Both the position numbers and the translations under genes were made by a program. DNA of 64,000 nucleotides from Chloroflexota bacterium (GTDB taxonomy: Bacteria > Chloroflexota > UBA11872 > VXOZ01): positions 128,001-192,000 of the forward strand of contig CAXXVD010000004.1 in NCBI GenBank assembly GCA_963662335.2. Reading direction: 5' to 3'. Shown one piece after another: positions 38,931 through 48,836 of this stretch (position 1 is its first letter; the number at the start of each line of letters is the position of its first letter). The notes under the pieces are model-generated. The model was not told where the DNA came from. It made no database searches and worked only from the letters and a program-made list of their open reading frames with translations.

Positions 38931-39043
38931 TGTCATTCTGAGGAGCGCAGCGACGAAGAATCTAGAGCGGGAGTCACGTAGATTCCTCGCTGCGCTCGGA
39001 ATGACAACTGCGCCCGGAATGACAACTGCGCCCGGAATGACAA
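38931..39043. repeat. TGTC-type palindromic doublet with three tandem 18-bp end copies
   Basis: TGTCATTCTGAG...GAATCTA / TAGATTC...GGAATGACA, with CTGCGC(T/C)CGGAATGACAA x3. Confidence 0.85.
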
Positions 39044-39425
39044 GAACCGCTGCCTGCAAAGACTTCAAGCCGAAATCTATCTATTGCCTGCACGGCTTCG
39101 ATGCCAGAATCGTCGCACTATGCTACGATAGTATGCAAGTGTAATTCAGTTGAGCGGGTGCACATTCCGGCTACGCTGGGCTGCCCAAGGCGCAACGGTA
39201 TTGAGACGTATGCGGTTTCGCGGCGATTGCGCAGGCCAATTCTGTCCGTTCAACGAACCTACGCTCGCTCCCTGGAATCCCTCGTACCAAGAGTGAAGTC
39301 TTGGCAGCGGACGCTGAATTGCACGTCGTTAGACCCTCTAGTCTGCTCGCAATGTGAATCATCTCTCCAAATGATTGGCGTGAACCACGTGGGGCGCAAG
39401 CAGCAGCGCGGCTAAGGAGCTACCA

Positions 39426-42386
39426 ATGCCCAAGCAATTGAAGTCAACTTTCATTGGCGTCTTGCTCGCATTGCTCTCCGCCGTCCTCGTAGCGTGTAGC
39501 GTTCAGCCTGTGCCTGCGCCGGTTTCAGAGCCAGCGGCCGCGCCGGTCGCAACCGAAGTCCCCGCGCCCACACCGCCTCCCGAGCCGGTTGCCCCGACTC
39601 CTGTGCCGGCTGCGGAACTCACGTCCGATTCCGTCTTGCCGCTTGACCCCGTGGTGACGTACGGCACGCTGAGCAACGGCATGGCCTACTACATCCGGCA
39701 CAACGAAGAGCCCCGCAACCGCGTGCAATTGATGATGGTCGTGCGGGCGGGTTCCGTGTTGGAAGAAGAATCTGAGCGCGGCCTGGCGCACTTCGTCGAG
39801 CACATGGCCTTCAACGGCACCGAACGCTTCGAAAAGGACCAGATCGTCGCGTATCTCGAATCACTCGGCGTGGACTTTGGCCCGGACCTGAACGCCTCCA
39901 CCGGCTTCGACACTACGAATTACTATCTTGAGGTGCCGACAGACGACGCCGAGGTCTTGGAAACCGCGTTCCAAATCCTTAGCGACTGGGCCTACGCGAT
40001 TTCGTTCGACGAGGAGGAAGTCGAGAAGGAACGCGGCGTGGTCATCGAGGAGTGGCGCTCCCGGCTAGGCTACGGCGACCGCTTCCTCAACCATTGGATT
40101 CCCCTGGTGTTTGGCGCCGCGCGCTATACCGAACGGCTGCCAATCGGCTTGCTGGAAGTCCTGGAGACCGCGACGGCTGACGACCTGCGGGGCTTCTACG
40201 AACGCTGGTACCGGCCGAACCTGATGGCCGTGGTGGTCGTGGGCGACATCGACGTTGCCGAAATGGAGGCCGCGGTGAAGCGTCATTTCGCGCCGCCGCC
40301 GGAAGGCGAGGCGACACAGGCGCGCGCCGCCGTGCAGCCGCCGACGGTACGCCCCCGTTACGACGTGCCGAGCCACGCCGAACCGCGCGTGACCGTGTTT
40401 ACCGACCCCGAAGCAACCGGGACGAGCACGTTCATCGTGCGCACGATTTCGTCCGGCTACGGCTTCACGCTGGCGGCCTATCGCGACATTCTCATCGAGC
40501 GGCTCTCCTTCATGATGTTCAATGGGCGGCTCTTCGAACTAAGCCGCACGCCGAACCCCCCGTTCCTGGGCGCAAACTCCTATCGCAGCGGCCTGGCCGA
40601 TACGGCGGACATCCTCGTCTTTGGGGTCGGTGTTGAAAAAGACGGCGTTGAAGCCGGCCTCGATGCCATGCTCCAGGAGATGCAGCGCGTGCGCCAGCAC
40701 GGCTTCACGGCTCCTGAGTTGGAGCGGGAAAAGGCCAATCTGCTCAGCCAGATGGAAAGCTACTATGAGCGGCGCGGCCAACTGGAGTCCCGCGCGCTTG
40801 CCCAGGAGTACGTCGAGCATTTCTTGAGCGCCACGGTGGCGCCGGGCATCGAGATGGAGTGGGAGTTGACGCAACTGCTGCTGCCCCAGATTACATTGGA
40901 CGAGGTGGACGCCCTGGCGAGGTTCTGGACCGAACCCGGCAATACCGTGCTGCTGGTCACCGGTCCCGAAGACATCGGGCCCGGCACCAAAGACGAACTG
41001 AAAGAGGCCGTAACGCAGCAGCTTGTGAACGCGCCCGCGCTGGCAGTGGCGGGCTATGAGGATGAAGCCGCGGGCCAGGTCCTATTGGCGGACATTCCCG
41101 CCGCCGGCTCGATCATAGACGAGCAGCAGATCGAATCCATCGACGCCGTGCACTGGACGCTCTCCAACGGCATCACCGTGGTCGCCAAGCAGACCGACTT
41201 CAATAACGACCAGGTGCTCTTCCGGTCCTTCAGTCCGGGCGGCACGTCCCTCGTAGCTGACGCGGACTACGTTTCGGCCACCCACGCCGCCACGCTCGTT
41301 GCCGGCAGCGGCGCCGGCCCCCACGATCAGGTGGCATTGGATAAGCTACTGGCCGGCAAGCGCGTTGGGGTCTCGCCGTTCATCGCCGCGCAGTTCGAGG
41401 GCTTCAGCGGCAGCGCCTCGCCGCAAGACCTGGAGACGCTGTTCCAACTGCTCACCCTGTATGCCACCGACCCGCGCATTGACCCCGTGTACTTTGACAC
41501 CTACGTCGACAGGCTGCGCGACACGGCTGAGAACCGCCTGCTTGACCCGGATACGTTGTTCTTCGATGAGGTGCGGCGCATTCTCTTCCAGGACCATTTC
41601 CGGCGCCGGCCGCTCACCGTCGAACTGCTCGAAGAACTGGACATGGAACGTGCATTGACGGTCTATGGCGACCGTTTCGCAGACCTGGGCGACTCGACGT
41701 TCGTCTTCGTCGGCGCTTTCGATTGGGATGCGCTGCGCGCATTCACCGAGACATACCTGGCCAGTCTGCCCGTCACCGGGCGCGCCGAGCAGTGGCATAA
41801 CCCCAACATCGACCCGCCCGCCACCCTGGAAGACCACGAGGTCTACTTCGGCATCGAGCCGCGGAGCACGACCATTCTGATCTTTGCCGGCGACCTCGAT
41901 TGGAGCCTGGAGGAGGCGCTTACGGTAGCGCTCATGGGCAGAATCCTCGACATCCGGCTGCGTGAAGAGATACGCGAGGAACTTGGCGGCACGTACGGCG
42001 TGAGCGTCAGCGCCTCGACTTCGTCAATCCCAGACTCAGAGTATCAAGTGTATGCCTACTTTGGCAGCGATCCCGAGCGCGTTGAAGAACTCTTTGCCGC
42101 CATCCAGCGGGAGTTGAACTGGCTCATCGACGGCGGTGAGCAGAAGTATCTCGACACCGCCAAAGAGCTTTTCCGATCCTCTCGGGAAGAGCAAGTGGAG
42201 GAGAACTCCTTCTGGCTGAACCAGATGCGGGCTGTACTGCAGCGCGGCCATGACTTCGACGTGATCAACCAGTACTACGACCGCCTGGACGCGGTGACCC
42301 TGGAGCAGGTCGCCGGCGCGGCCGAGCGCTACCTCACGCTCGACCGTTACATTCGCGTGGTGCTCTTCCCTCAGGAAGATGAATAG
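39426..42386 (+). CDS. M16 family zinc protease (PqqL-like) lipoprotein
   Basis: GLAHFVEHMAFNG (HxxEH), NAST, lipobox LVAC, Pro-rich linker. Confidence 0.93.
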   Translation: MPKQLKSTFIGVLLALLSAVLVACSVQPVPAPVSEPAAAPVATEVPAPTPPPEPVAPTPVPAAELTSDSVLPLDPVVTYGTLSNGMAYYIRHNEEPRNRVQLMMVVRAGSVLEEESERGLAHFVEHMAFNGTERFEKDQIVAYLESLGVDFGPDLNASTGFDTTNYYLEVPTDDAEVLETAFQILSDWAYAISFDEEEVEKERGVVIEEWRSRLGYGDRFLNHWIPLVFGAARYTERLPIGLLEVLETATADDLRGFYERWYRPNLMAVVVVGDIDVAEMEAAVKRHFAPPPEGEATQARAAVQPPTVRPRYDVPSHAEPRVTVFTDPEATGTSTFIVRTISSGYGFTLAAYRDILIERLSFMMFNGRLFELSRTPNPPFLGANSYRSGLADTADILVFGVGVEKDGVEAGLDAMLQEMQRVRQHGFTAPELEREKANLLSQMESYYERRGQLESRALAQEYVEHFLSATVAPGIEMEWELTQLLLPQITLDEVDALARFWTEPGNTVLLVTGPEDIGPGTKDELKEAVTQQLVNAPALAVAGYEDEAAGQVLLADIPAAGSIIDEQQIESIDAVHWTLSNGITVVAKQTDFNNDQVLFRSFSPGGTSLVADADYVSATHAATLVAGSGAGPHDQVALDKLLAGKRVGVSPFIAAQFEGFSGSASPQDLETLFQLLTLYATDPRIDPVYFDTYVDRLRDTAENRLLDPDTLFFDEVRRILFQDHFRRRPLTVELLEELDMERALTVYGDRFADLGDSTFVFVGAFDWDALRAFTETYLASLPVTGRAEQWHNPNIDPPATLEDHEVYFGIEPRSTTILIFAGDLDWSLEEALTVALMGRILDIRLREEIREELGGTYGVSVSASTSSIPDSEYQVYAYFGSDPERVEELFAAIQRELNWLIDGGEQKYLDTAKELFRSSREEQVEENSFWLNQMRAVLQRGHDFDVINQYYDRLDAVTLEQVAGAAERYLTLDRYIRVVLFPQEDE

Positions 42387-42524
42387 CCGGGCGCACAGCG
42401 CCCGGTTTACCAATGCGCCGGGCGGCACGCTGGGACTAGGCGGAGGATAGGTGTAGGATGCGCTGTCTCTATCCGGGCCGCAGAGTTTCCGCGCGTAAAG
42501 GCGGCCCCACTATGGCTATTGCTG

Positions 42525-43685
42525 ATGGCACAGTCCGCCAGGGAGTCTTCCGTGAGTCAAGCTGAAATCGACGAACGCATTCACCAGGTGCTTTCTGAGT
42601 TCAAGCAACACAGCCCGTACTTTGCGGGCTATCCGGTGAATCAGGATTTCGACTATTCGTCGCTTTACCCCCTGCTGAGTTTCTCGGCGAACAACGTCGG
42701 CGATCCGTTCGGCTTCTCGCGCTATCTGACGAACACCCACGAGACCGAGCGCGAGGTCGTGCGCGAGGTGGCGGAGTTGATGCGCCTGCCGGCGGACGAG
42801 GCCTGGGGCTACGTGACCACCGGCGGCACCGAAGGCAACATGTACGGCATCTATCTGGGCCGGGAGTTGCTGGGCAACCCGATTGCCTACTTCTCGCAGG
42901 ACACCCACTATTCGGTGCTCAAGATCCTGCACGTGCTGAACATTCGCAACATCATGATCCGCAGCCAGGAAAACGGCGAATTGGACTACGACGACCTGCG
43001 CGAGACGATGCGCATCAACCGCGATTCGCCGGCGCTGATCGTGGCCAACATCGGCACGACCATGAAGGGCGCGGTGGACGACCTGGAGCGCATCCACGCC
43101 ATTGCCAAAGAACTCTTGCTGCCGCGCTACTACGTCCATGCCGACGCGGCGTTGAGCGGGATGATCCTGCCGTTCGTCGACGACCCGCAGCCGTTCGGCT
43201 TCGACAGCGGCATCGACAGCATCGCCATCTCGGGACACAAGATGATCGGCTCGCCGGTGCCGTGCGGCGTGGTCGTGACGAAGAAGGAGTACTCGGCGCA
43301 GGTTGGCCGCGCCATCGAATACGTGGGCGTGCTGGACACCACCATTCTCGGCTCGCGCAGCGCCATTTCGCCTATGATAATCTGGTTGGCGCTGACTAAG
43401 CACGGGCGGGAGGGCTACCGCCGGGTGGTGGCGCAGACCCTAGACACCGCCGCGTACGCCGTGCGGCAGTTCAACGCCAACGGCATTCCCGCCTGGCGCG
43501 CCAAGAATAGCGTCACGGTCGTCATCCCGCGCCCTTCGCCCGCCGTCGTCTTTGGGTGGCAGTTGGCGCCGCTGGAAGACATCGCGCACATCATTACCAT
43601 GCCGCACGTAACACGAGAGATAGTCGACAAGGTTATCGCCGATATCCTGGAGTGGCAGGCAAGAGATGAACCAAAGTCAAACTGA
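42525..43685 (+). CDS. hdc: PLP-dependent histidine decarboxylase (start uncertain)
   Basis: GYP, NNVGDP, WGYVTTGGTEGNMYG, DTHYS, HADAALSG, SGHKMIGSPVPCG. Confidence 0.85.
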   Translation: MAQSARESSVSQAEIDERIHQVLSEFKQHSPYFAGYPVNQDFDYSSLYPLLSFSANNVGDPFGFSRYLTNTHETEREVVREVAELMRLPADEAWGYVTTGGTEGNMYGIYLGRELLGNPIAYFSQDTHYSVLKILHVLNIRNIMIRSQENGELDYDDLRETMRINRDSPALIVANIGTTMKGAVDDLERIHAIAKELLLPRYYVHADAALSGMILPFVDDPQPFGFDSGIDSIAISGHKMIGSPVPCGVVVTKKEYSAQVGRAIEYVGVLDTTILGSRSAISPMIIWLALTKHGREGYRRVVAQTLDTAAYAVRQFNANGIPAWRAKNSVTVVIPRPSPAVVFGWQLAPLEDIAHIITMPHVTREIVDKVIADILEWQARDEPKSN

Positions 43686-44091
43686 CAATTCGGCGCCTGA
43701 GCGCCGCATCATCGTGATGGTACCCGATGAGCCGGGTTCGCTGGCGCGCGTAACCGAGGCGCTGGCGAAAGGGCAAATCAACATCGAGTCGATTGAAGGG
43801 CGGCAGATCGGCGACTTCGGCGTCATCACGCTCCGCACCAGCGACGACGACGCGGCGCTGCACGCGCTGCTGCGGATCGGCCTGCGCGCGGTAACGTCCG
43901 ATGCCGTGGTCTTCTCCCTGCCCGATGAGCCCGGCGCGCTCGCCCGCGTGGCGCAGCGCTTCGGCCAGCATCAGGTGAACGTGCGCACCATCCACATTCT
44001 GCACCGCCTTGCCGCACACGCCCTCGTCGCCGTCACCACCGACGACAACGACCTGGCGCGCTCGCTGCTGGACGAGGAATCCCTGGTCTAA
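43666..44091 (+). CDS. Tandem ACT domain protein
   Basis: Two PDEPG.LARV...INI/VNV units; overlaps hdc stop. Confidence 0.88.
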   Translation: MNQSQTDNSAPERRIIVMVPDEPGSLARVTEALAKGQINIESIEGRQIGDFGVITLRTSDDDAALHALLRIGLRAVTSDAVVFSLPDEPGALARVAQRFGQHQVNVRTIHILHRLAAHALVAVTTDDNDLARSLLDEESLV

Positions 44092-44154
44092 GCGCCGGAA
44101 GTCCGATGTCCAGTTGCCCCAAACCGCAATGGTCGCGCCAATGCTCGCATCCGC

Positions 44155-44488
44155 GTAGCGCGGGGGCTTGTCCCCCGCCGGTGTGCATGGCGCGTAGGGG
44201 GATCGCCGATGGTTTCGCATTTGGAAGAACGACAGCAGAACTCGCCTCTGGATGCTCCGGTAGCGCAGGTTTGTAACCTGCGAAGCGGATTGCTCAATCT
44301 GGTGCGTGCCAGTCTCAATGGCGCCGGCGAGGGACAAACCCCAGTGGTTTCGCGTTTGCGTAGCGCGGGGGCTTGTCCCCCGCCGGTGCGCAAGGCGCGG
44401 AGGGCGCTTGCCGATGGTTGCTCTCCGGTAGACGACGCCCACATCTTGTCCATAGCAAGACGCAGGTTGCAAACCTGCGCTACCGGAG
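44155..44488. repeat. Cluster of GTAG-type REPs of two families
   Basis: Family 1 at 44155 and 44360; family 2 (GTAGCGCAGGTTTGYAACCTGCG) at 44260 and inverted at 44460-44483. Confidence 0.88.
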
Positions 44489-44647
44489 AAATCAGGCACG
44501 GTGTAGTTCCTCATTATGTCTTAGGCGACGGCATGGGGGCTGACCCCCGCTGCTTGCCAAATGACGCCCTCCCTCTCAGACAGGTCGCTTGCGCGGCCAA
44601 ACCCCTGCGTAATCTGCTATCGATATCCCGCTATTCCAGGAGCCTCC

Positions 44648-45616
44648 ATGAAAACCCTAACTCCATCGCAGACTGCTAACCCGCATCCCCTCAGCCAGGA
44701 TTGCCGCCAGTTCCTGGACTACTGCGGCTACCTCAACCGCTCGCCGCAGACGGTGCGGACGTACGCGCAGATGCTGGACGAACTGGTGGGCTACTGCGAG
44801 AAGACGAACCGCCCGGTCGCGCGCGTGGAAGACCTGACGCTGCCCGTAGTCACGGCGTTCCTGGCGTGGAAGCGCACCCACACCAGCGCGTCCACGTTGG
44901 CAAAGTACGCCTCGTGCGTGCGCAGCATGTTGCGCTACTTCAGCCTGCACGAGGACCGCGCCGTGCTGGCATACGACAAGGTACAGTTGCCCAAATTGCA
45001 ACGCCACGCGCCGCGCAACGTGCCAACCGCCGAGGACGTGGTGCGCCTCTTCCGCGCCATCCCGCAGGATTCACCGCAAGGACTGCGCGACCGGGCGCTG
45101 GTGATGCTCTTCTTCTCGACGGGTCTGCGCTTGGCGGAACTCTGCGCCCTCGACCGCGCCGACCTACCTCAGGAGCGCCTGGGCGCGGAGGAACTCATGC
45201 AAATCATCATCCGGGGCAAGGGCGACAAAGACCGGCCGGTCTTCCTGCAGCAAGGCGCGCAGCTTGCGGTGCGGGAATACCTGGCGGCCCGCGAGGACGA
45301 GTTTTCCCCGCTCTTCATCCGCTACCGCCCCGGCATGGCGGCAGAGGATGACGCCCAGGACACGGAGAAGCGGCTTTCACCCCGCATGGTGCGTAAGATC
45401 ATCACGCAACACGCCCGGCGTTCCGGCGTGGGGCACCTGGCGCCCCACGCGCTGCGGCACGGCTTTGCCGTAGACCTCCTGCGCAACGACGTGAACTTGC
45501 GCGTAATTCAAGAGCTTCTCGGCCATTCCAGCCTCTCCACCACGCAAATCTACACCCACCTGGTGAACCGCGCCCTGGCTGACGCCGTGCGCCATCGGGT
45601 CGATCCGGTGAGCTAG
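44648..45616 (+). CDS. XerC/XerD-like tyrosine recombinase
   Basis: TGLRLAE, GKGDK, HALRH, LLGH, TQIYT catalytic residues; SAM-like N-terminus. Confidence 0.92.
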   Translation: MKTLTPSQTANPHPLSQDCRQFLDYCGYLNRSPQTVRTYAQMLDELVGYCEKTNRPVARVEDLTLPVVTAFLAWKRTHTSASTLAKYASCVRSMLRYFSLHEDRAVLAYDKVQLPKLQRHAPRNVPTAEDVVRLFRAIPQDSPQGLRDRALVMLFFSTGLRLAELCALDRADLPQERLGAEELMQIIIRGKGDKDRPVFLQQGAQLAVREYLAAREDEFSPLFIRYRPGMAAEDDAQDTEKRLSPRMVRKIITQHARRSGVGHLAPHALRHGFAVDLLRNDVNLRVIQELLGHSSLSTTQIYTHLVNRALADAVRHRVDPVS

Positions 45617-45690
45617 CGCGCGCACCGGGCGTACGTGGGGCTCCCGTCCGCTTAATGCTGGTAAAATCCAAAAGGAAACCGCCACTCCCC

Positions 45691-45781
45691 GTAGCGCGGG
45701 GGCTTGTCCCCCGCCTCTTGCGCCGCCGCAGCCTCCCCGCCGCTGCCCGCATACCACGTAGCGCGGGGTCTTGTGCCCCGC
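45691..45781 (+). repeat. Two GTAG-type REP elements
   Basis: Exact copy at 45691, variant GTAGCGCGGGGTCTTGTGCCCCGC at 45758. Confidence 0.88.
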
Positions 45782-45907
45782 CTCTTGCTTAGCAGCCGCG
45801 TTCTTGCCGCCACTTGCGCAAAAGAGAGGAACCGGTTCCCGAGGGAACCGGCTCCTCTCTTCTTCACCCTGTGCTACGTCATGCAGCAAGCGTAAGGGAA
45901 TACTTCC

Positions 45908-47335
45908 TTACTTCGCCGCCTCTTCCGCCAGGATGTTCTCCAGAATCGGCTTGACGTTCTTCAAGCCGTCGGCCGGCGCCACCGTGCCGGAAATCATCTC
46001 ACCCCACAGCGGCCTGACCGCTTCTTCCATCATGCGCGGCCACGCCGAGGTAACCAGCACCGGGTCGCCGCCGTTGCCGCCCAGCGGGAGCGAGTTGATG
46101 AAAGCGTCCACGCGCACGCCCGGTCGTTCCTCATACAGTTCGCGCAGGAACTTCTCCGCGCCCGCGAGCCGCGCCGGGATATTGCTGGTAAGCAACGCCC
46201 AGCGGTCTTCGGGAATGTGGAACTTGACAAACTCCCAGGCCAGATCCGTTGCCTGCGACTGGGTGCCGACGCCGTAGCCCCAAATCTTGAACTCGGGCAG
46301 CGAGACCGCCGCCTTCGGGAACGGGGTGAACGCCCAGTCGATGTCGGTCGTGTCGCGGTAGCCGCCAAGCTGCCAGGAACCCATCTTGATCACGCCGGTC
46401 TTGCCCAGCGTGAAGTGGGTGAAGCCACGCTGCGGCTCGCCCAGATTCTCGTTGGCCTGGTCGCGCGAGGGCCAGGAGCGGTCCTGGAGTTGCAGCGCAA
46501 TGTACGACTCGTACGCCTCGATCACTTCCGGCGAATCGCACGTGATCGACTGGAAGTCATCCGAAATCCACGCGCCCTCCCAGAGCATGGGCGTGTTGGG
46601 ATAATAGTTGATGCCCACGCGGTCCAGGCCGTACTGTGTGAATTTGCCGCCGGACTCCTGGGTGAGTTGCAGCATGGTGTCGCGGAATTCGTCCCACGTC
46701 CACGAGTCGGCCCAGTCCTCGGACGGCTCATCGACACCGGCGTCGGTAAAGAGTTGCCGGTTGTAGAGCAGCGCGATCGCCTCGCCGTGATGGTACGTGG
46801 TCAGGCCGTACACTTTGCCCTCGAACGAGGAGAACGTCGTGCGGCCGTCCCTGGCGAACTGCGACATATCGTAGTTGTCGCGCTTGATGAGGTCATCCAG
46901 CGGCTGGACGAGGCCGTTGCGCACGTACAACGGCGGCGCGAGGCACATGAAGCAATCCACCAGCACGCCGCCGGCCAACATCGTGGTAAGCTCGATGCCC
47001 TGTCCCACCAGGCTGCCCGGCGCGACCACAAGTTCTACGGTCGCGCCCGGGTTGGCCTCGGCAAACGGGTTCAGCATGACGCTTTCCACGTTGCCCAGGT
47101 CGCGCTCCGAGAACCAGGAGTAGTAACGAATGGTTACTTCCTCCGGCGCCGGCGCTTCTTCCGCCTTAGCTTCCGGCTCCGCTTCCTCCTTGGCTTCCGG
47201 CTCAGCCGCCGGGGCCGTGGCCGCCGTGCCGCACGCCGCCAACAGACCGACGCCCAAACCGCCAATGCCGATGCCGGCCAGCAGACGCCGCCGCGTCAGG
47301 CCGGTCAGTTTGGTTTCTTCCTGCTCTGCGCGCAT
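45908..47335 (-). CDS. Sugar ABC transporter substrate-binding lipoprotein (Tat signal), no adjacent permeases
   Basis: LTRRRLL...LLAAC, LLYNRQLF..AGV..P, WTWDEF, AWEFVKF. Confidence 0.9.
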   Translation of the reverse strand: MRAEQEETKLTGLTRRRLLAGIGIGGLGVGLLAACGTAATAPAAEPEAKEEAEPEAKAEEAPAPEEVTIRYYSWFSERDLGNVESVMLNPFAEANPGATVELVVAPGSLVGQGIELTTMLAGGVLVDCFMCLAPPLYVRNGLVQPLDDLIKRDNYDMSQFARDGRTTFSSFEGKVYGLTTYHHGEAIALLYNRQLFTDAGVDEPSEDWADSWTWDEFRDTMLQLTQESGGKFTQYGLDRVGINYYPNTPMLWEGAWISDDFQSITCDSPEVIEAYESYIALQLQDRSWPSRDQANENLGEPQRGFTHFTLGKTGVIKMGSWQLGGYRDTTDIDWAFTPFPKAAVSLPEFKIWGYGVGTQSQATDLAWEFVKFHIPEDRWALLTSNIPARLAGAEKFLRELYEERPGVRVDAFINSLPLGGNGGDPVLVTSAWPRMMEEAVRPLWGEMISGTVAPADGLKNVKPILENILAEEAAK

Positions 47336-47409
47336 GATCTCTGCCTCCTTTGAAGCACACGCTTACTTTGCAATCGACGATGAACTAGCGGTTAGCTCAT
47401 CCTGAACGT

Positions 47410-47438
47410 AGTGTAGTCCTGAGCGCCAATTCTGTCAA
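47410..47438 (-). promoter_or_regulatory. Sigma70-type promoter for the SBP gene
   Basis: TTGACA-17nt-TACACT on minus strand. Confidence 0.75.
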
Positions 47439-47550
47439 AAGCGGTCAGGCAATCCGCGGGGCGCGCAGGCGCGACCTACGCGGTAATGACGAGCCGCCAT
47501 TCATGCGAATTCAAAACCCGGCTACGGCACGGAGGCGGGCGGGCGCGGCG

Positions 47551-48342
47551 TCAAGCCTGCGCCGCTTCGTCGTGCATCGCAATCATGAGCGCGGCCAGAG
47601 AGATTATGTCGAGAACGTTGTGGTGGAAAACGCCCTCAAGGGAATCGAGGTCGCCGGTCTCCAGGAAGTCGAAGTAGAGGCCCGGCACGTCGCCGGAAGG
47701 CACGTCGCCCTGCCGCTTGAAGCCGAGCACGCCCTCTTCCAGGGTCTGCAAGCGGCAGTTGGGCAACCGCCGCTGCCAGAGCCGCCGCGCGCCGTAGAGC
47801 AGGTCGCAGTGCAGAATGTCGCGAAAGCTGAACTTCACGCCAAGCGCCCGCATACGGGTGCGCAACAATGGCACATCGAAACTGACGCCGTTGAAGGTGG
47901 TGATGGTGGGACACTCGCCAAGCGTCTCCGCGACCGCGTGCAGCATGGCGGCCTCTTCGTCGGGACTGCGGATGAAGTGCTGCCGCACCACGAAGGCGTC
48001 GTCCTCCACGAATCCCAACCCCACCAGAAAGGCATACGTGCCCGGCCCGCCCAGGCCGGTGGTCTCGGTATCCAGGAAGAGCATCCGCCGCACGTCGGGC
48101 GGAGCGCTGTCTCCGCTCCCGCCGGTCGATTCCCGGCCCTGCGCCGCGCCATCCCCGGCAGGCGCGGCTTCGCCACGACGCCGGTAGTCACGCGGCCGCC
48201 GCGCGCCGCACGTGCGCAGAACCTGGGCCGTATCTACTTCCAAGACCCGCCCCAGCGCGTACTTCCCGTGCGTGGAATCTGGTGGATGCGCTACTGAACG
48301 CCCCAAGTGCACACCGTGCGCTGACGTGCTCGATTGCCACAT
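47551..48342 (-). CDS. RNase H-like domain protein (YprB/RNase_H_2 family), start uncertain
   Basis: FLDTETTGL, TFNGVSFDVP, HCDLL, HHNVLDI. Confidence 0.8.
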   Translation of the reverse strand: MWQSSTSAHGVHLGRSVAHPPDSTHGKYALGRVLEVDTAQVLRTCGARRPRDYRRRGEAAPAGDGAAQGRESTGGSGDSAPPDVRRMLFLDTETTGLGGPGTYAFLVGLGFVEDDAFVVRQHFIRSPDEEAAMLHAVAETLGECPTITTFNGVSFDVPLLRTRMRALGVKFSFRDILHCDLLYGARRLWQRRLPNCRLQTLEEGVLGFKRQGDVPSGDVPGLYFDFLETGDLDSLEGVFHHNVLDIISLAALMIAMHDEAAQA

Positions 48343-48427
48343 GCGTAATTGCGTCCTTGGTCTGGAACGGAGTAAAGCGGGTACTGCTTTGCGCTGGCAA
48401 GTAAGATGAACCAGATAGCACGCCAGT

Positions 48428-48688
48428 TCATGCCAGACAGAATTCGCGCTTGACTTCCTCGTGGCTGACTACGCGCCCGGCTTGTATGTCCGACAACCCC
48501 TCGCGGACTGCGTCCGCCTCGGCCGGTGATTCGGGTTCGTCGTCTATCGGCGCCGCCATCAGCCGCTGATATAGCGAAGTCCTGCCGTTGTGCTGCAAAT
48601 ACTCCAGAAAGCCTTCAGCCGCACGAAGTTCACTGGTGGGCAAGGCATCTACCAAGCGGTGGAGCCGTTCTTTCGCGCTCGAGCTCAT
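48428..48688 (-). CDS. Putative type II antitoxin (RelE/ParE-partner type)
   Basis: KERLHRLVDAL...APIDDEP...DIQAGRVVSHEEVKREF; its stop overlaps an ATG (ATGA). Confidence 0.7.
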   Translation of the reverse strand: MSSSAKERLHRLVDALPTSELRAAEGFLEYLQHNGRTSLYQRLMAAPIDDEPESPAEADAVREGLSDIQAGRVVSHEEVKREFCLA

Positions 48689-48836
48689 GTGAGCCTCACT
48701 GCCTTTTCTTTGTCGCTTACTCTCTACCAGTCTGAGGGCAACAGCCAATATCGGAAAGTCTAATCCCGGAAAGGCTTGCACATTATACATTAGGGCCAAA
48801 GGCCGGCGCATTAGGCCGCAATAGGGCGCATGCACA

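Noticed and set aside
44648-45616. Prophage or ICE integrase
   Set aside because: Xer-sized, no arm-binding extension, and no phage or conjugation genes or att repeats nearby.
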